From NCBI GenBank assembly GCA_026025075.1, contig JAPEUI010000125.1:1-45884 (forward strand): DNA of 45,884 nt. The letters run 5' to 3'. This document shows positions 1 to 12,521 of this stretch, one piece after another. Below the pieces are notes generated by a model, which was given only the letters and a program-made list of their open reading frames with translations, had not been told where the DNA came from and made no database searches. The translations under genes were made by a program, and so were the position numbers. This DNA comes from Vezdaea acicularis (lineage: Eukaryota). How positions within the stretch are numbered: position 1 is the first letter of the stretch; every line of letters starts with the position of its first letter.

Positions 1-381
1 ATCTAGTCTACTTGCCGCTGGTTGGAAGAAATGGCTCTATGATCAGTGAACCCTTCCGTCTGCTTTCCCTCTGCCTACAACGTGAGCTTCCCGAAATCAG
101 CAAGCTCCAAGCCCGTACCAGGCCTTGCCCTCAGGTACTGAGGACTTGCAAGTTCAGGCCAAGGCAACCGCTCTCTCTGCATTCTCGAAAGCAAGCCTAT
201 AATTCCATTCCTTCAGGAGTTGCTTTGCCTAAAAGATGATATCTGTGAAATTCTCCCATTGTGATGTTGATGCCAATTGAGAGCAATGTCGGCGACATGA
301 AAAACGTTGGTATCTGAGTGGTGTTTTCCTATCTCGGAATCTCGTAGGCCTCGCAATTGTAGATCTCGAGATGCGAGAGGC

Positions 382-490
382 GTGGGTAACTGCTGATTTT
401 TGTCTGAAATGGTGTTATTGTCGATCTTGGTGAACTGTGGGTAATGCCGATATGTGTCTGAAATGGTATTATCTTGAATCTTTGTGAATT
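382..490. repeat. Degenerate direct repeat, 2 copies, ~55-bp period
   Basis: GTGGGTAA..TGTCTGAAATGGT..ATCTT.GTGAA occurs at 382 and 437. Confidence 0.7.
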
Positions 491-945
491 GATACCCTGA
501 ATGATGGAGACTAACTCCCGATTGCCTGGTTGAGCATTTTAGGGTGAGGTCGTGACTCTGAGCTTGTGACCACCCTTGGCTTTTGCAATGGCTCCCGTCA
601 TGAATCCAGCTTCGTCAAAGTTGTAAACGTCCTCTTCAATAATCCCACACTTTGCGATTGTGTTCCATCCCAACTCAAACTAACTCTTGATGATGACAGG
701 ATCCTCACGTTGCGCTCTTTCGTAGTCGTACCTCCGATTGAACCGGCTTTGAGTTCCTTGCGGCGTTTGACGAAATCGCCAGCCTAATTTTGCCCCACAG
801 CTGTCTCACCACGCTCAGCGAGAAGCGGATTTGCCAGTCTCCCCCACAACTTGTATTGCGGGCAACAATTCCTCTCAAGTCCGAGTGCAGTATGTAGTTG
901 AAAATTACTGATTTCTCAAGAGATATGAGCTTGCGGACGTTGGAA
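488..945 (-). mobile_element. Degenerate Fot1/pogo-family (Tc1/mariner, DDE) transposase fragment
   Basis: Minus-strand translation across stops and frameshifts gives NVRKLISLEKSVIFNYILHSDLRG..LANPLLAERGETAVGQN*AGDFVKRRKELK / RFNRRYDYERAQREDPVIIKS*FELGWNTIAKCGIIEEDVYNFDEAGFMTG..QPGNRELVSIIQG. This matches the fungal Fot1/pogo pattern (CENPB-type HTH, then YNFDETGF and QPGNREW). Conserved Trp codons have become TAG. No TIRs found. Confidence 0.88.
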
Positions 946-982
946 GTCGAAGACGGCTCCCCTTTGATCTCTTATATCCTAG

Positions 983-1195
983 TCGCTCCAGAGGCCGCCA
1001 TGGAGACGCCATCTTATCACCAATCGCAGTCGTCAGAGAAGGTCGAAGAGACCGCCGTGAAGAAGGCGGCTCATCATCGACTTTTCTGTTGCGAACGCTC
1101 CAGAGGCCGCCGTGAAGAAGGCAACTCATCATCGATCATTGCGGTCGCGAACGCTCGACAGGCCGCCGTGAAGAAGGCAGCTCATCATCGACTGC
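983..1195. repeat. Minisatellite, 4 degenerate copies, 55-57-bp period
   Basis: Core CCGCCGTGAAGAAGGCRRCTCATCATCGA at 1052, 1107 and 1163, with a weaker copy at 995. Confidence 0.85.
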
Positions 1196-2090
1196 AACCG
1201 CGGAGGAGCCGTAACGATCGACTCTGCCCTTTGCAGAGGCAGGCCGAGCCAAGCCGTGGGAACGAAGAGATTTTTATTTGTATATCTGTCAAGGAGATCA
1301 GTACGTAGCGCTCAAATTCGAGCCCCAGTAGCTGGATTGTGCAAGGCAGACGTACATATATATATTTACCACGTCCCGGACAGAAGGCCCTTCCTCTAGA
1401 TAGAGCGAGAAAGGTGCCTCCATCCTCTCCAGATTGGAGACCCTTTCTCCAGGCGAGTGGAGAAAGGTGGGACGGGTGAAGGAGGGAAGGGAAGGGAAAT
1501 GGGTGGGGTGGGCGGCCTTTAAATAGTGGAGAATTAGGCACTAGCGCGGTGTGTGGAGTGAGATTGTGTTGACAAACAATAGCCAATCAGAGAATGTGTT
1601 GCCGTTTGCATGGGATTGTCCTGCGAGGTGAGATCATTGTGTGTTTGTGTGGTTGGCGTTGAAGGGGTAGCCATTGATGGCTGCGCAGCCCCTGTTTCAC
1701 CATGAGTGAACGGGAGTACCACAAAAACGACATTTAGCTTTCGACAAGCGTTGTCCAACTTAGAAAACGACACTTCCGCAACATACAGCAAATATATCTC
1801 GCAAAATAAAGATACGATCGGTCTTGAAATGATAAAACTAAGCAATTCCCATGCTTAGGTCACTTGAACTGAGTCCGCAAATACCCTGGTATCCTCAAAC
1901 ATGAAAGAGCCAACGGTCACATTATTGGAATGAAGTACACATGAGTAAACTTGGAGACAAGCGTTTACTTTATAGCTTAGACACAGTTAAGATTCCCCCG
2001 TCACCGCTGATAGATGCTAGAAGCTAACTCATCCTCGAGCTTCAAACTGCAGAAATCAACCGCCCTAGCGTACTGGCTGAAGTTTCCGAC

Positions 2091-2644
2091 TCATGCCGAG
2101 TCTTTCTTCCGCTGGCCACACTGGAGCCTCGTGTTAGCTCCAGGATATACCCTGTAAAGGGAATAAGTAGCTTACATAGAAGGCCAGCCCAAAGCTCTCC
2201 GTCGTGAAAGTGACTACCCTTATCATCAGTCTCTAGCTCGGAATACTCCTAGACCCATGACCTCCGCTTACTCTTGCTGCCTGCGGGAAAATAAAAACAG
2301 TCCCCTTTAACCGCATGTACTTTCTGCCCGGTCTCATCCGAAATATCGAATTCTCCATCCACGATGATTTTCATCTCATGATAGGTGTATGTATATACGA
2401 GCGGCGTCCCTTTCTCGAGCCGGTAAAATCCGGACGAGATAGGCTTTTCGGCATCGATTTGGTCGCTGTGAGGACGACGTACATATTAGTTGGTGGACTG
2501 GTTGGAATGTGTGGATTCGAGGAGTCAGAAAGGGGTGGATTACCTTGAGGCGATATCGCCGAGGTAGGCGTTCTCATTCGCAATCAAAGGGGGCTTGAAG
2601 GTGGTTTGGGCTGCACCAAAGTAGGTCATTGCGGGGGAAGACAT
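2091..2644 (-). CDS. EutQ-like (ethanolamine utilisation-type) cupin protein, 4 exons
   Basis: Exons 2644-2544, 2465-2272, 2213-2176 and 2120-2091 are joined by GT-AG introns. The product is MSSPAMTYFGAAQTTFKPPLIANENAYLGDIASSDQIDAEKPISSGFYRLEKGTPLVYTYTYHEMKIIVDGEFDISDETGQKVHAVKGDCFYFPAGSKITFTTESFGLAFYCGQRKKDSA, with cupin motifs (YTYHEMKIIVDG; KGDCFYFPAG). Not shown intact in the ORF track. Confidence 0.85.
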
Positions 2645-3941
2645 GATTGTAGTGTGGTTCCTCGGGTTGGTTCGATGGATTGATATGGTCAAGCTCGAGG
2701 ATGAATATAAGGATTTCCAAGTTGCCGAATCCGAAATACACAAGCTATGAAGCTATTTATGCTGCTCAATGGGCTCCATAAGATTCCCCGAGAGTCCCGC
2801 TTTGCTGACGACTCCGCTATCATGTTACTAAGGAGAGCTCGTCCGGAGGAACGGATCCGTTGCCTGCATTGGGCCTAGCTGCCACGATTGTCAATTCATC
2901 GTCACTGACTTGAGCCACCATAGATAACGGACTACAGTGGACTAAAGATGTGCCTGGCATAGCAGCGTTCAACTAATTGGGAGGGTTAAGATTCAGGAGA
3001 GGTGGATAAGGACCGGGTGGAGGGCGGGGAAAGCCCTCTGTTAACCGAACTGCCTTTCACTGCGCGTAATCGCCCATGAAGCTTGTCAAAATGCCAAGTA
3101 CCATCCACATCGTAACCTTATAAAAGAAGTAGAGCTCATGATGTCATTTGTCCGTGGAGGCTCTCGAAAGGATGAAGGAATCAATATTGCGACATTTCAT
3201 CAGATATGACAGATGTACCCTTCGCGCTCAGAAAGTGAGGACAAGATTTCCCAATCCGGCAACGCGCTCCCGCATCAGAGCGCCGCATTGCACGTTCCAT
3301 GGACGTATGCCCCAAGCGGACAGGATTCAATCCACTCATCACACGTCTCAGTTTAGCCGTCGATCAAGCGCCTAGTTTCAGCACCGGCCTAACCTTTCTT
3401 ATCCTATTAGTTTGCCCCCCATTTCACTTATCCAACCAGAAGGATTCATGTCTTGTAGAACCGACGTTTACGCATTGCCCGATGTAGCAACAAGCTCCCC
3501 CCTTGCGCGGATGTTAAGATTAATAGACTCGCCTCCCGCATCTTCCCGGCTATGATTATGCCAGGCGGTATATACCTCGCTTGCATCTGGGAAACTGCGC
3601 TGTTCGTAGACTCACTCACATCTTACTTATGTTTGCACTCCCAGAGGAAAACTTCTAATGATGTTGACCTAACCGCACTTCTGTGCCCCACCGCAAGGGT
3701 ATACTAGAAGCATCCGGAGTTAAACATATCCCTAGGACCGCTTGGACCCATACTCAGACTCCAAAGGACTTAAATCTGACCTAACCATACCGAGGAAGCC
3801 AAAAAAAGGACCGGTGGGGTTCCGTGAACACCCCAGAGAAAGCGGATCCGAAGCTTTTAAACAAATATCCTTTCATAAATTTCCTCAAAAATCCCCAAAA
3901 AAAAGTCATGAATAGCGAAAAGTGCACCAGGGATACATTTC

Positions 3942-6465
3942 TCACCCAAGTAAGACTACTTCCGTTAGCATTTTGGTCCTTGTGCAGGGACAAAATCAAC
4001 TCACTCTCCCAGTTCCAGTCCTTCATAACCCCAACCCAGTGCAAACTACCCCTAACCGTTGTTTCATAATCAATATTCTCATCCGCATAGCTCTCCGTTG
4101 AGGGTTTGCGTGGTTGTTGCTGCCCAGTATGAACCATCCTCGCTCCAACATCCGTCGCCCGTCTCTTCGCCCCCTCGAGGTTATCTGGCCACTGGAACAA
4201 ATCTAACTCATCATCATCATCAACGACGAATTTCCGCTTATTAGGCCCCTCGATGGGTGATGTCTCCTGGGAGATTGATTGTGACAGGATAGGAACGCGC
4301 CTTCGGCTTGCCTTCTCAGCCTCAAAACGATCACGACGATCCCAGACTTCTCGGACGACTTCTCGGCAGCGATCGATATTACCAATCCACATACGCTGCG
4401 ACATGGCTACCCATCGCTCATCAACCCATTTGCGGTTTTCGACGCCAGTAGCTTCACAGCCGGCAGCTAACAGGGGGTAGATGTGCACAATAACAGCTCT
4501 AGAGCAGAGTGGAACCGTGGCCAGATACACCATGACTTTCTGCGCGAGCTGAGCGGACGTCAATGATGGGATTTCAGGGACTGCTTGGTGGAGATACAGT
4601 AGCGTTGCCCAACGGTACGCCTCTGCTGTTTGAATGCTATCTTGGATCTCGCTGTAAGGGTCCTCTGGCCTTTCGAAAAAGGGCTCCATTTCCCATGACT
4701 CAAGCTGGCTCTTGAGATCCATTGCTGCCGATACTATCGTGGGACTATTCGTCTCACTCTTTCGAGCTTTCCGCACGAGGTTTGCAACTCGCCCAATCAG
4801 AGGGAAAAGAGTCAACGCACAGCCCATAAGCGGATCGACCTCAGAAGTAGGACTGAATGGGCCACTTGGAAAGACGTTATCAAAGTCATTCGACTCGTCA
4901 ACATCAACAGAAGTCAGCCGAGCAATAACATCCATGTAAACCCACGTGTTTATCAGGAACTTCAGCCTAGACAGGCTCTCACCACCAGTAGGATTATCTT
5001 TATAGTTTGTGAGAGCTTGATTGACTAAGATTTTGGCGCCTTTTAGATGTTCAATTCCGCTCTTGATATGAACATCCCAGGATTCGGAGAACGCCAGAAC
5101 CAGCGTCGTTGCCAAAGCAGCATCGGTCCGCATCTCACCAAGATTACTACGAAGTGATTTGACACTCTGCCTCATGTGTTCGATGCCTTGTACCCGAAGA
5201 GCAGGGATTTCGCGAGCTGTGTGGAATGCGGTCATGGACGCTATGGCGTGATAGAGAGCTGGTGAGTCTCTGATCATCGGCCACACTAGCGTCCTCCAAG
5301 GATTTTCAGTCGGGCCATCTTTGACGGATAATATACCACATGTCTGCTTATCGAACCGAAGCATAAGCATTTCAGGACTACTGGTGTGGAATTCGGGCCG
5401 GCGAAACAACATCTTAGAAGAATGCAGTTTTCCCGAGCTACCCGAAGAGCAAGAAGAGCTAGATGGCGAGGGTGAAGGTAGTCGCACGATCCAGCCAGCT
5501 GTGTTCATTTCTGACTCTCGTATTACCTCCTCCACCTGTTCGCCTGAACTCCTAGGTTCTGCTTCGCCGTTGTCGGTCCCAGTTGGTGGAATTTCAAAAT
5601 CTATAAGATCTTGCGACTGTGAATCAAACTCAGTTCCAGGAAGTAATATATCTTGCAGTCGTGGAGATCGTCCAGAGAAGCTGGAGGGAGTATTAATATT
5701 GGAATCTTCGAAGACTGTTCCAATAGAGTTTTCCGTCAATTGAGGCTTGAACGCATCGGGCTGAGATCGGGGCATCCTTTTGGAATTCTCTTGGTGCGCG
5801 ACAATAGGAGCAGTAGCGATGTTATATGGCTCCTGTGAATAAATGAAACCGGATGTTTGTGGAATCAAGGTAGGAATTGGAGGTGGATCATAGTATTGTC
5901 CAGATAGGTTCGTATCATCACTTGTTGACGTCGATCTTTCTGATAGAGTTGGGCTATTGGATATTACGATAGTGGACTTCAATGTCTTGCTCTCGGGGGA
6001 GGATCCTGCCATATCAATATTAGAGAAGGTCAGATAACAACAACCTTTACACATACCTTTCTTGGCTTTGCTAGTTGGTGGCTTAGGAACGAAGCTTGCC
6101 TCCTCGAACGGTCTCCATTTGAAATCCTTCTTGTAGCCACCACATTCGACATTTCTCTTGTGGCATTGCTGGCATGATGGTTTGGTCTCGTCGCATTTCA
6201 GCCGCTTGTTTTTGCAGGTTATGCAGCCTGTTCGTCAAGTGATTAATAGGGCTAGAAAGACGTAGGACATGGCGCACTGACCATTGCGGCTCTTCGATTG
6301 TTTGGGCTTCGTCGTAACGTTCTCCTTCACAATATCGTCTGCTGCCTTTTTCGGAGTTGCATGTCGTTTCGAGCTAGATGGTGGAGGAACTGCGGGGTGC
6401 ACCATCGGATTCATGACAGGCTGGTTGAGAAAGGCCGACGGCGATGGAATTCTGATTATGTCCAT
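3942..6465 (-). CDS. Zn(II)2Cys6 transcription factor with C-terminal Fungal_trans_2 domain (ACR-2-like)
   Basis: Exons 6465-6282, 6227-6057, 6005-4005 and 3955-3942. Exon 2 encodes CITCKNKRLKCDETKPSCQQCHKRNVECGGY. The C-terminal domain contains NPWRTLVWP, VYMDVIARLT and VDPLMGCA, and the spliced protein ends WNWEILLG*. The ORF-track end at 3781 is intron read-through. Confidence 0.9.
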
Positions 6466-8122
6466 GGGCTCCGGTCAAGCCCGATCTAGGGCCACCTTCC
6501 CCAATGCTCTAGTGAGATGCTGTGCGAGTCTGCGAGCTGATCGATTATCTTGGTTGGAGTTGCGATTGATAGCCTCGCTTCCACGGGCCGTGAACGAGTG
6601 TCAGACCGATGATAGCGCTGCGCCAGGCGTAGCTAAGCGAAACTGGGCGTCAAGTATCGACGAGCTGGTCGAGGGGCTGCTCATTGGCTGTCCTGGGGGG
6701 AAGATAACGTGTGATGTCGATCAGGACTTCAGTAAAAAGAGGGTATCGACTTCCTTTATTCTCCCCTTAGAAGATATCCAATTCTGAGTTAAATAGAGAA
6801 GACCCAGACGTGTCGCATGGCTTAGACACCGCATAGAGCAAGATCACCGCGACTTCATTTCCATACAACTTGTAGTCCACTTGTCTACTGGTGGCTAGAA
6901 TGTAGCCACTCTTGGCTGCGAGGCAAGCTCTTATTCGCCGGCATGATCAGGCACACGTCCGAAAGCTTGCTTGATGAGGCGGTGGGCAAGCATTGAGAAG
7001 TTAGGATAGATAGAAGGCTTGTGTGGTCTTAACCTACAATTCGGCGGTGGGACATGCGTCCTCGCCAAGGAGCGTGGCTTTCTTGGCCAGGGTATCGCCA
7101 GATGCATCCTAAACGCCGCCAGGTTCTCGGCCCTTCTTGACCGCATGTTGGAAAAAACCACGGACAGGTTCAGCTGGACACCGTGGATTCTGATGGCTGC
7201 GACAAGAGCGGCAACGCAAGTGGCCGGATGTCTCTTCCTAGATGCTATATTGATTCTGGCGGCAACCCATTTTGCTCAAGTTGGTCCCATGTGGCATAGG
7301 CATAGCCGAAACGAACTATAGCTAGATGAGTAGTTCCTATCACGTCTGTGGAATATGCTACGAGCAAGATCAATTTTCCAGAGCGGGTGCACATACACCA
7401 GACCAGCAGGTGCAAGCAAGTACCCCCCCTTCACGGCCTCGGCTTTCCCCAGTGGCCTTAGGAGTTGTCGAACAGGAAGCTAGCCCTGTTAGTGAATTCT
7501 GCGCCATAATCCTAGCTGCGGTGTCGGGATCGACACTTGAAAATGTGGTTGCCGGTTTTAAACTGGCACAAAACTTCAGGGGGAGCCAGAGAAAAGGGGC
7601 GGCTTGTTGCCGTCGAGGTCTTTGCAAAACCTGCACATAAAATTGCAGAGAATGCTCTTCGCATCGCCAAAAATACGGCGGATAACATCGGGCTCAATGA
7701 GCGGACCTTGCAGAAAGACATCGAAGTTCGTGGTGAGTTCGATGGTGGCGCTTATGGAAGGTTTCGTGAATTCATGGTAGTGATGATCCAAAAGCTTGCG
7801 TTGACAAGTGGAGTCTCTCACTGGTCCTGAGTGTACCGGAAAGGCACTCGAAGGAATGATTGAGATGCGTAAGGGAATCAAGTCGGTGAAGAGTGAGAAT
7901 GTTCCTTTCTGCCATACTCTGTCTGCTCAGGGGATGTGCTACTTGAGCCTTAAGAAGCAAGGCTTTGAGTCACAAGGCGTCATACAACAAATCATTCCTT
8001 ACTCGTAAGCTTAACGGGGATTGGACGTGGAAGGCTAACCATGTTAGGTTGATTGTCAGCCATCTTGTCGCGATTAGTCTTAACACCCTTATACAAAACG
8101 CCTTCCTAAATCCTTCCTACCC

Positions 8123-8951
8123 TTACTTCAAAGCTTCGACAAAGAGTTCCCGCATCCCCTTCAGAAACATTCCGAGATCCCTGCTTTCATTCAATTTGTC
8201 CAGAACCTTTTCGACTTTTTCCGCTTCCAGCTTGGGCCTATGATGCAGAACCTCGTACTCGCGCTTAGCCGTACCCAGTTCAAACCACGCCTCTTTTTCC
8301 CAGTCTCTCTCGTAGACATGAGTATAGACAAATTTCAAACGGTCTGCTTGACCTGCGCCTTCGATTCGTAAGCATAGATAGTCTTGCCAGAAATCCAGCT
8401 CTGGTGCATTGAAGCGTGTCTGAGAATCGATATGGCTTGAATGCGCGCGCTGCGCTTCTAGTCGCTGATTGATCAGCTTTTGTGTCTCTACCATCTGTTC
8501 TCGTATTCGATCCCTAGCAGCAGCGCGATTATCACGCTGCTCGGTGATTGAGGCGATTGCTGCGTGCATCTCTGCAGTCTCCTGATGCTCTTTTTGAAGT
8601 GCCTGAGCATGTGTGGACGTCTTGAGCGTAAGAATCTCAATATCTTTCTTCTTCATTCGTTGATCCTCTAGAGACACGTTATTCGAATTTCAATCATTTC
8701 AGAGGGCTCAGCGTACCATGCAACTCAGCAACATTCATGCGAAATTGATTCCTCTCTTCTAGGACGCGCTTTCGTCCTTGTTCAATAAATGCATCAAATT
8801 TGACAGTGAATTGGGCCATGCGACTGCGCAATTCATCGAAGCCGAAATTGATATTCGGGAGAGAGTCTGCCATTGACGGTGCGTCTGCGGATGTGAGTGG
8901 TGGGCGCATGCCACTTGTTGAAAGGGAAGGCTCGAAAGTTGCCATCGCCAT
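8123..8951 (-). CDS. SPC25: Kinetochore NDC80-complex subunit Spc25
   Basis: Two exons, intron 8668-8716. N-terminal coiled coil (FGFDELRSRMAQFT..EERNQFR) and C-terminal RWD-like Spc25 domain (PELDFWQDYLCLRIEGAG..LKFVYTH..FLKGMRELF). Confidence 0.9.
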
Positions 8952-9267
8952 GGTAAGATTCGTGAACAGATAGTTCTACGCAGGGAATTGCTAGGATTTC
9001 AATGAGACAAATCTGAAATCGGTATGTGGAGTACTTATCGCGGTGGAAAGGTACTGCTGTTGATTAAGTGCACTTAAACGAGGTCTCGTTGGTTGACCGG
9101 GCAACGAAGTTTATGAGATCGCGCGACAGCTTCCAGACCCTCGCACAACCCCCTCCGAACATGATATTTCACAAAGTTGGGCTTTATTGAGATATTAATA
9201 CCTCGCAGAAAGATCGCCATGCTTTTAGGGGTTATTCAAAAAAGACCAAAGATCAGGGCCAAACCAA

Positions 9268-12200
9268 ATGGCTGACAAGCGGGTCAATGACCATTCCTAT
9301 GGTCAGGTCGGACGCGCAATATATGACCAGAAAGCTAAGAAATGGGGTTTTGGGCGTCAAGCAAGCATCAGTATGTACTATCTTGATCACCAAATCTATT
9401 CATACTTACGGCCTCAGTCGACAAGCTTCGTCAAACTGGGAAGATCCGAACGGTTATTCCTCCTTCATCGAAACAACCCTTTGGCGACACGAACAGGCCA
9501 AGCGGCTCCTTCAGCTCTAGAATTTTTAGCCTTTCACTCGAACATCCAGAAATAGCAGCTGCGATTCCTCTGCTCCCATTTGCAGCATATACTTCTCAGG
9601 TGGCGGCGTCCATTGCATGGCAACATGACCCAGCTGTGTCGACACTCTTCGCTCTCGGCCGCGCTACTGACCTTGATAACCAACGCTCTGGAGCTAGAAC
9701 CATTCTCATTGCTGCAATGGTGGGTGGTGATACAAGGGAGGAAGTCAGACTGATCAAAATCTTCAAAGAACCCAAGGCTTGGACCCATCAATTCCCCAGA
9801 ACAACTCTCGATGTTTTGAGCGTCGGAGGTGAAGAGGGGTGGTGGGTAGGGGGAGGAGGTTCAATCTGGCAAATATGTTTTTCAGAGCACAATAGGGATG
9901 TTGGGCCTTGGATGGCGGTGCGTCAATCTAGGTCTACCACGATATTTCGACCACTCTATAAACGGATCCCTGTTATATCTACCGGATCCTTACACAGGAA
10001 GCACCCGCCCTCACGAATGAGTCCTAACCCTATCGTCACTATCTCTAGTTCTATGACTGGCGGAAGCTCACATGCAGACGTAACCTTCAATCCATGGTAC
10101 GCTCGTCAAGTTGCTGTGATTGACAATAATGGCCGATGGTCAATATGGGATATAGAAGGACAAGAGCAGAAGAGGTGTATCTGGAGGCTAAATGCCGGAC
10201 CAGAGGGTCAAATTTACGATGAATGGGTTGCAGAATCGTGGGAGTCATGCCAAGCGGACGGCTGGGGAAGGATCTGTTGGGCTGGTGATATACACACATT
10301 GACTGTATTCAATCGACGTCAAATGGCTATCTTCGACATTCGCTCTGTACCATCCAAACCCCTGTCCTTTCCAAATCTTAGGCTTGGACGCAGCTCAAGC
10401 TGGATCCTAGATGTAAAAAGGAGTCCCACAGAGGATGGGCACTTATTCATTGTCACCTCCTCAGAAGTGATCTGGATGGCCGTCCAGAATGTCACATCGC
10501 TCGATGACTTTAGTGAGCCAACATGGCGCGCGAGGATTCTTTCCTCTTGGAGACATTTTCGGGCGGCTGAAGATACGAGCTTGCAAATAGAAGTAATGGC
10601 ACATCACGCGGGTGGGCCTCAATAGTCGCAATCATTCTATCTAGACTAACAACGCAATAGGGGGTGTACTCACTATCCTTTATTCAAAATTTAGTGGTTT
10701 GGCGACCGTATTTCATTTTTATAATGAGCTTAATAAGAAAAGGCTACCTTATTCAACATCCGATCCATACGAGTTTCCCATAATGAAAGCTGAAAGCTCA
10801 GATCAAGCCAAAGAGGATGCTCATAAGCATCCCCAGAATATCTTAAGCTTATCACTCAGGCCGCTGCCTTACCGACATATGATGAATGAGATCCCGGTTG
10901 ACGTAGGTGCGAATTACAAAGACGAAGGGGTAAAATTTTATCAGTTCTTCGTATTCGACAGTGCCCTCGGACTCCAAGATATGCTCTTCGCACAGGCTAA
11001 GACAAGAGCGGTAATCGAGCCAGTTTATAAAGGGGCTAAGCATCCTAGACAGAGGCTGCAAAAGTCTGCAGCATGGGCTGGAGGTACCACGTTCATAGTG
11101 AACGAAGCTCTTGACTGGTCGGAAAATGGGCTCGATGAAGAGACGCCAGCGTATCCTCTACATGGATCTCAAGCTAAGAAAGCTGGAGCCAAGTCTCGGA
11201 AGGATCTACGGGGCACCGACAACCAATGGCTATATAAGGCCGCCTATGGCATTGAAGCTACTGTTATGGCTACTCGAGCGAATTCACCGAGTAGCAGCTC
11301 CAAGGATCAAGAAGACTTTCTGTTGAACCTTGGAGAGAAGCTTAGGTTGAAGATAGTGAACGGATACCATCCATTCGATACATTGTAAGTGGACCTGTAA
11401 ATATGTCAGTTGAATACGCACTAATTTTTAGGCTCGAGATCTGTACACCTGATTTGGCTCTCACGGATCTTGAAGACATGTCTAATGTTTTGCAAGAAAT
11501 CCTGACGTCTATAGACGGCGAGCAGGACTTGAACCCTCTTGTCAAGTGCAGAGCGAAGGTATTGGCTCCACAGCAACTATTTGGACAGCGCGAGAGTGAA
11601 AAGACCTCAAACTACAAAAGATTGTCCCTCTCCGATATCTACGAGTATCTCATTCAATCTTGGATCAGTGTTCTACCCCAAGAGCTTCCAGGTAGAGCTC
11701 GTCTTGCAAAGGAAAAGGTTGTACGTGCAGTAGCGATGGAATTGACGCTAGCAGCCGTCGGAATTGGTCTGGAGGATATCATCCCCTCGATGCTAGGCGC
11801 AGAAGGCCAAGAAGAAGCTAGTATCACTGAGGCTTCTTCAAGAGAGCCCCCATGGCTTTCTCAGAGTCCCACGGACAGACCAGAAAGGGGTTCTCAAGCA
11901 TCCACGCGCCCACCTTCCCTAATTGGCGAATCTAGGGCCACATCCCAGGCCCCGCGCACGACTAGCACACTCTCAGATCCCGTCGGCCCTCTCAGCCCCA
12001 CTGCCTCGGCATCCACAACCTTCTTCCAGCCCCAAGAGGATCCCGCTGTTGCCCGCCTGCGCGCTTACACAACTCTCAACTCGCAGCCACAACTCCCTCC
12101 AAGCATGACAAGAGTCCTCGCTCACTGGAGCCTCAACAAGGACCCGGATTCATATTCATGGGAAGCAACACGCCGCGCTCGCTCCGACCTCTCTGGCGAT

Positions 12201-12521
12201 ACCGACGCCGACGACACAGAGACCCAGACACCAGAGACAAGCGAGAGCGCCACCAAGCGTGCACGAATCCGGCGGCGGCTGGAACGGAGGCTGGCGCAGC
12301 AGAGAAAAGAGGCGGCGGCTCGACCGGTGCCGGAGAGGATATGGGGAAGTCAACCCGATGCGAGAGCGGCCCAGTGGTTGGCGGATAGTTCCCAAATGGG
12401 AGAGGAGCTAGAGGGGATAGGGAGAGGAATGGGGTTGCCAATGAGTCAGGTTGAAAGAGGGCCGTTTGTAGGGAGGAACGAGGAGCGGATAAGGCAGAAA
12501 AGGAGGCGACAAGGTTTCTAG
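9268..12521 (+). CDS. RRN6: RNA polymerase I core factor subunit Rrn6 homolog
   Basis: Introns 9371-9417, 10612-10660 and 11385-11431 join four ORF pieces in frame. N-terminal YGQVGRAIY..W.F.R; beta-propeller region (SHADVTFNPW..AVID..GRWSIWDI; SWRHFR..EDTSL); C-terminal LAHW...DP..YSWE and MSQVERGPF..KRRRQGF, as in filamentous-fungal Rrn6. Divergent from SPC25. Confidence 0.75.

Noticed and set aside
898..1308. 136-aa ORF with repeated AAVKKAAHHR
   Set aside because: It is a product of the 55-57-bp minisatellite, whose period does not keep frame, and has no ATG start or domain.
3781..3941. Hydrophobic C-terminal extension of the transcription factor in the ORF track
   Set aside because: It is read-through of intron 4004-3956 (GTGAGT..GCTAAC..TAG). 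The spliced protein ends WEILLG* at 3942.
6284..6787. 167-aa plus-strand ORF
   Set aside because: It is antisense to exon 1 and the 5' region of the Zn2Cys6 gene, with no recognisable motifs.
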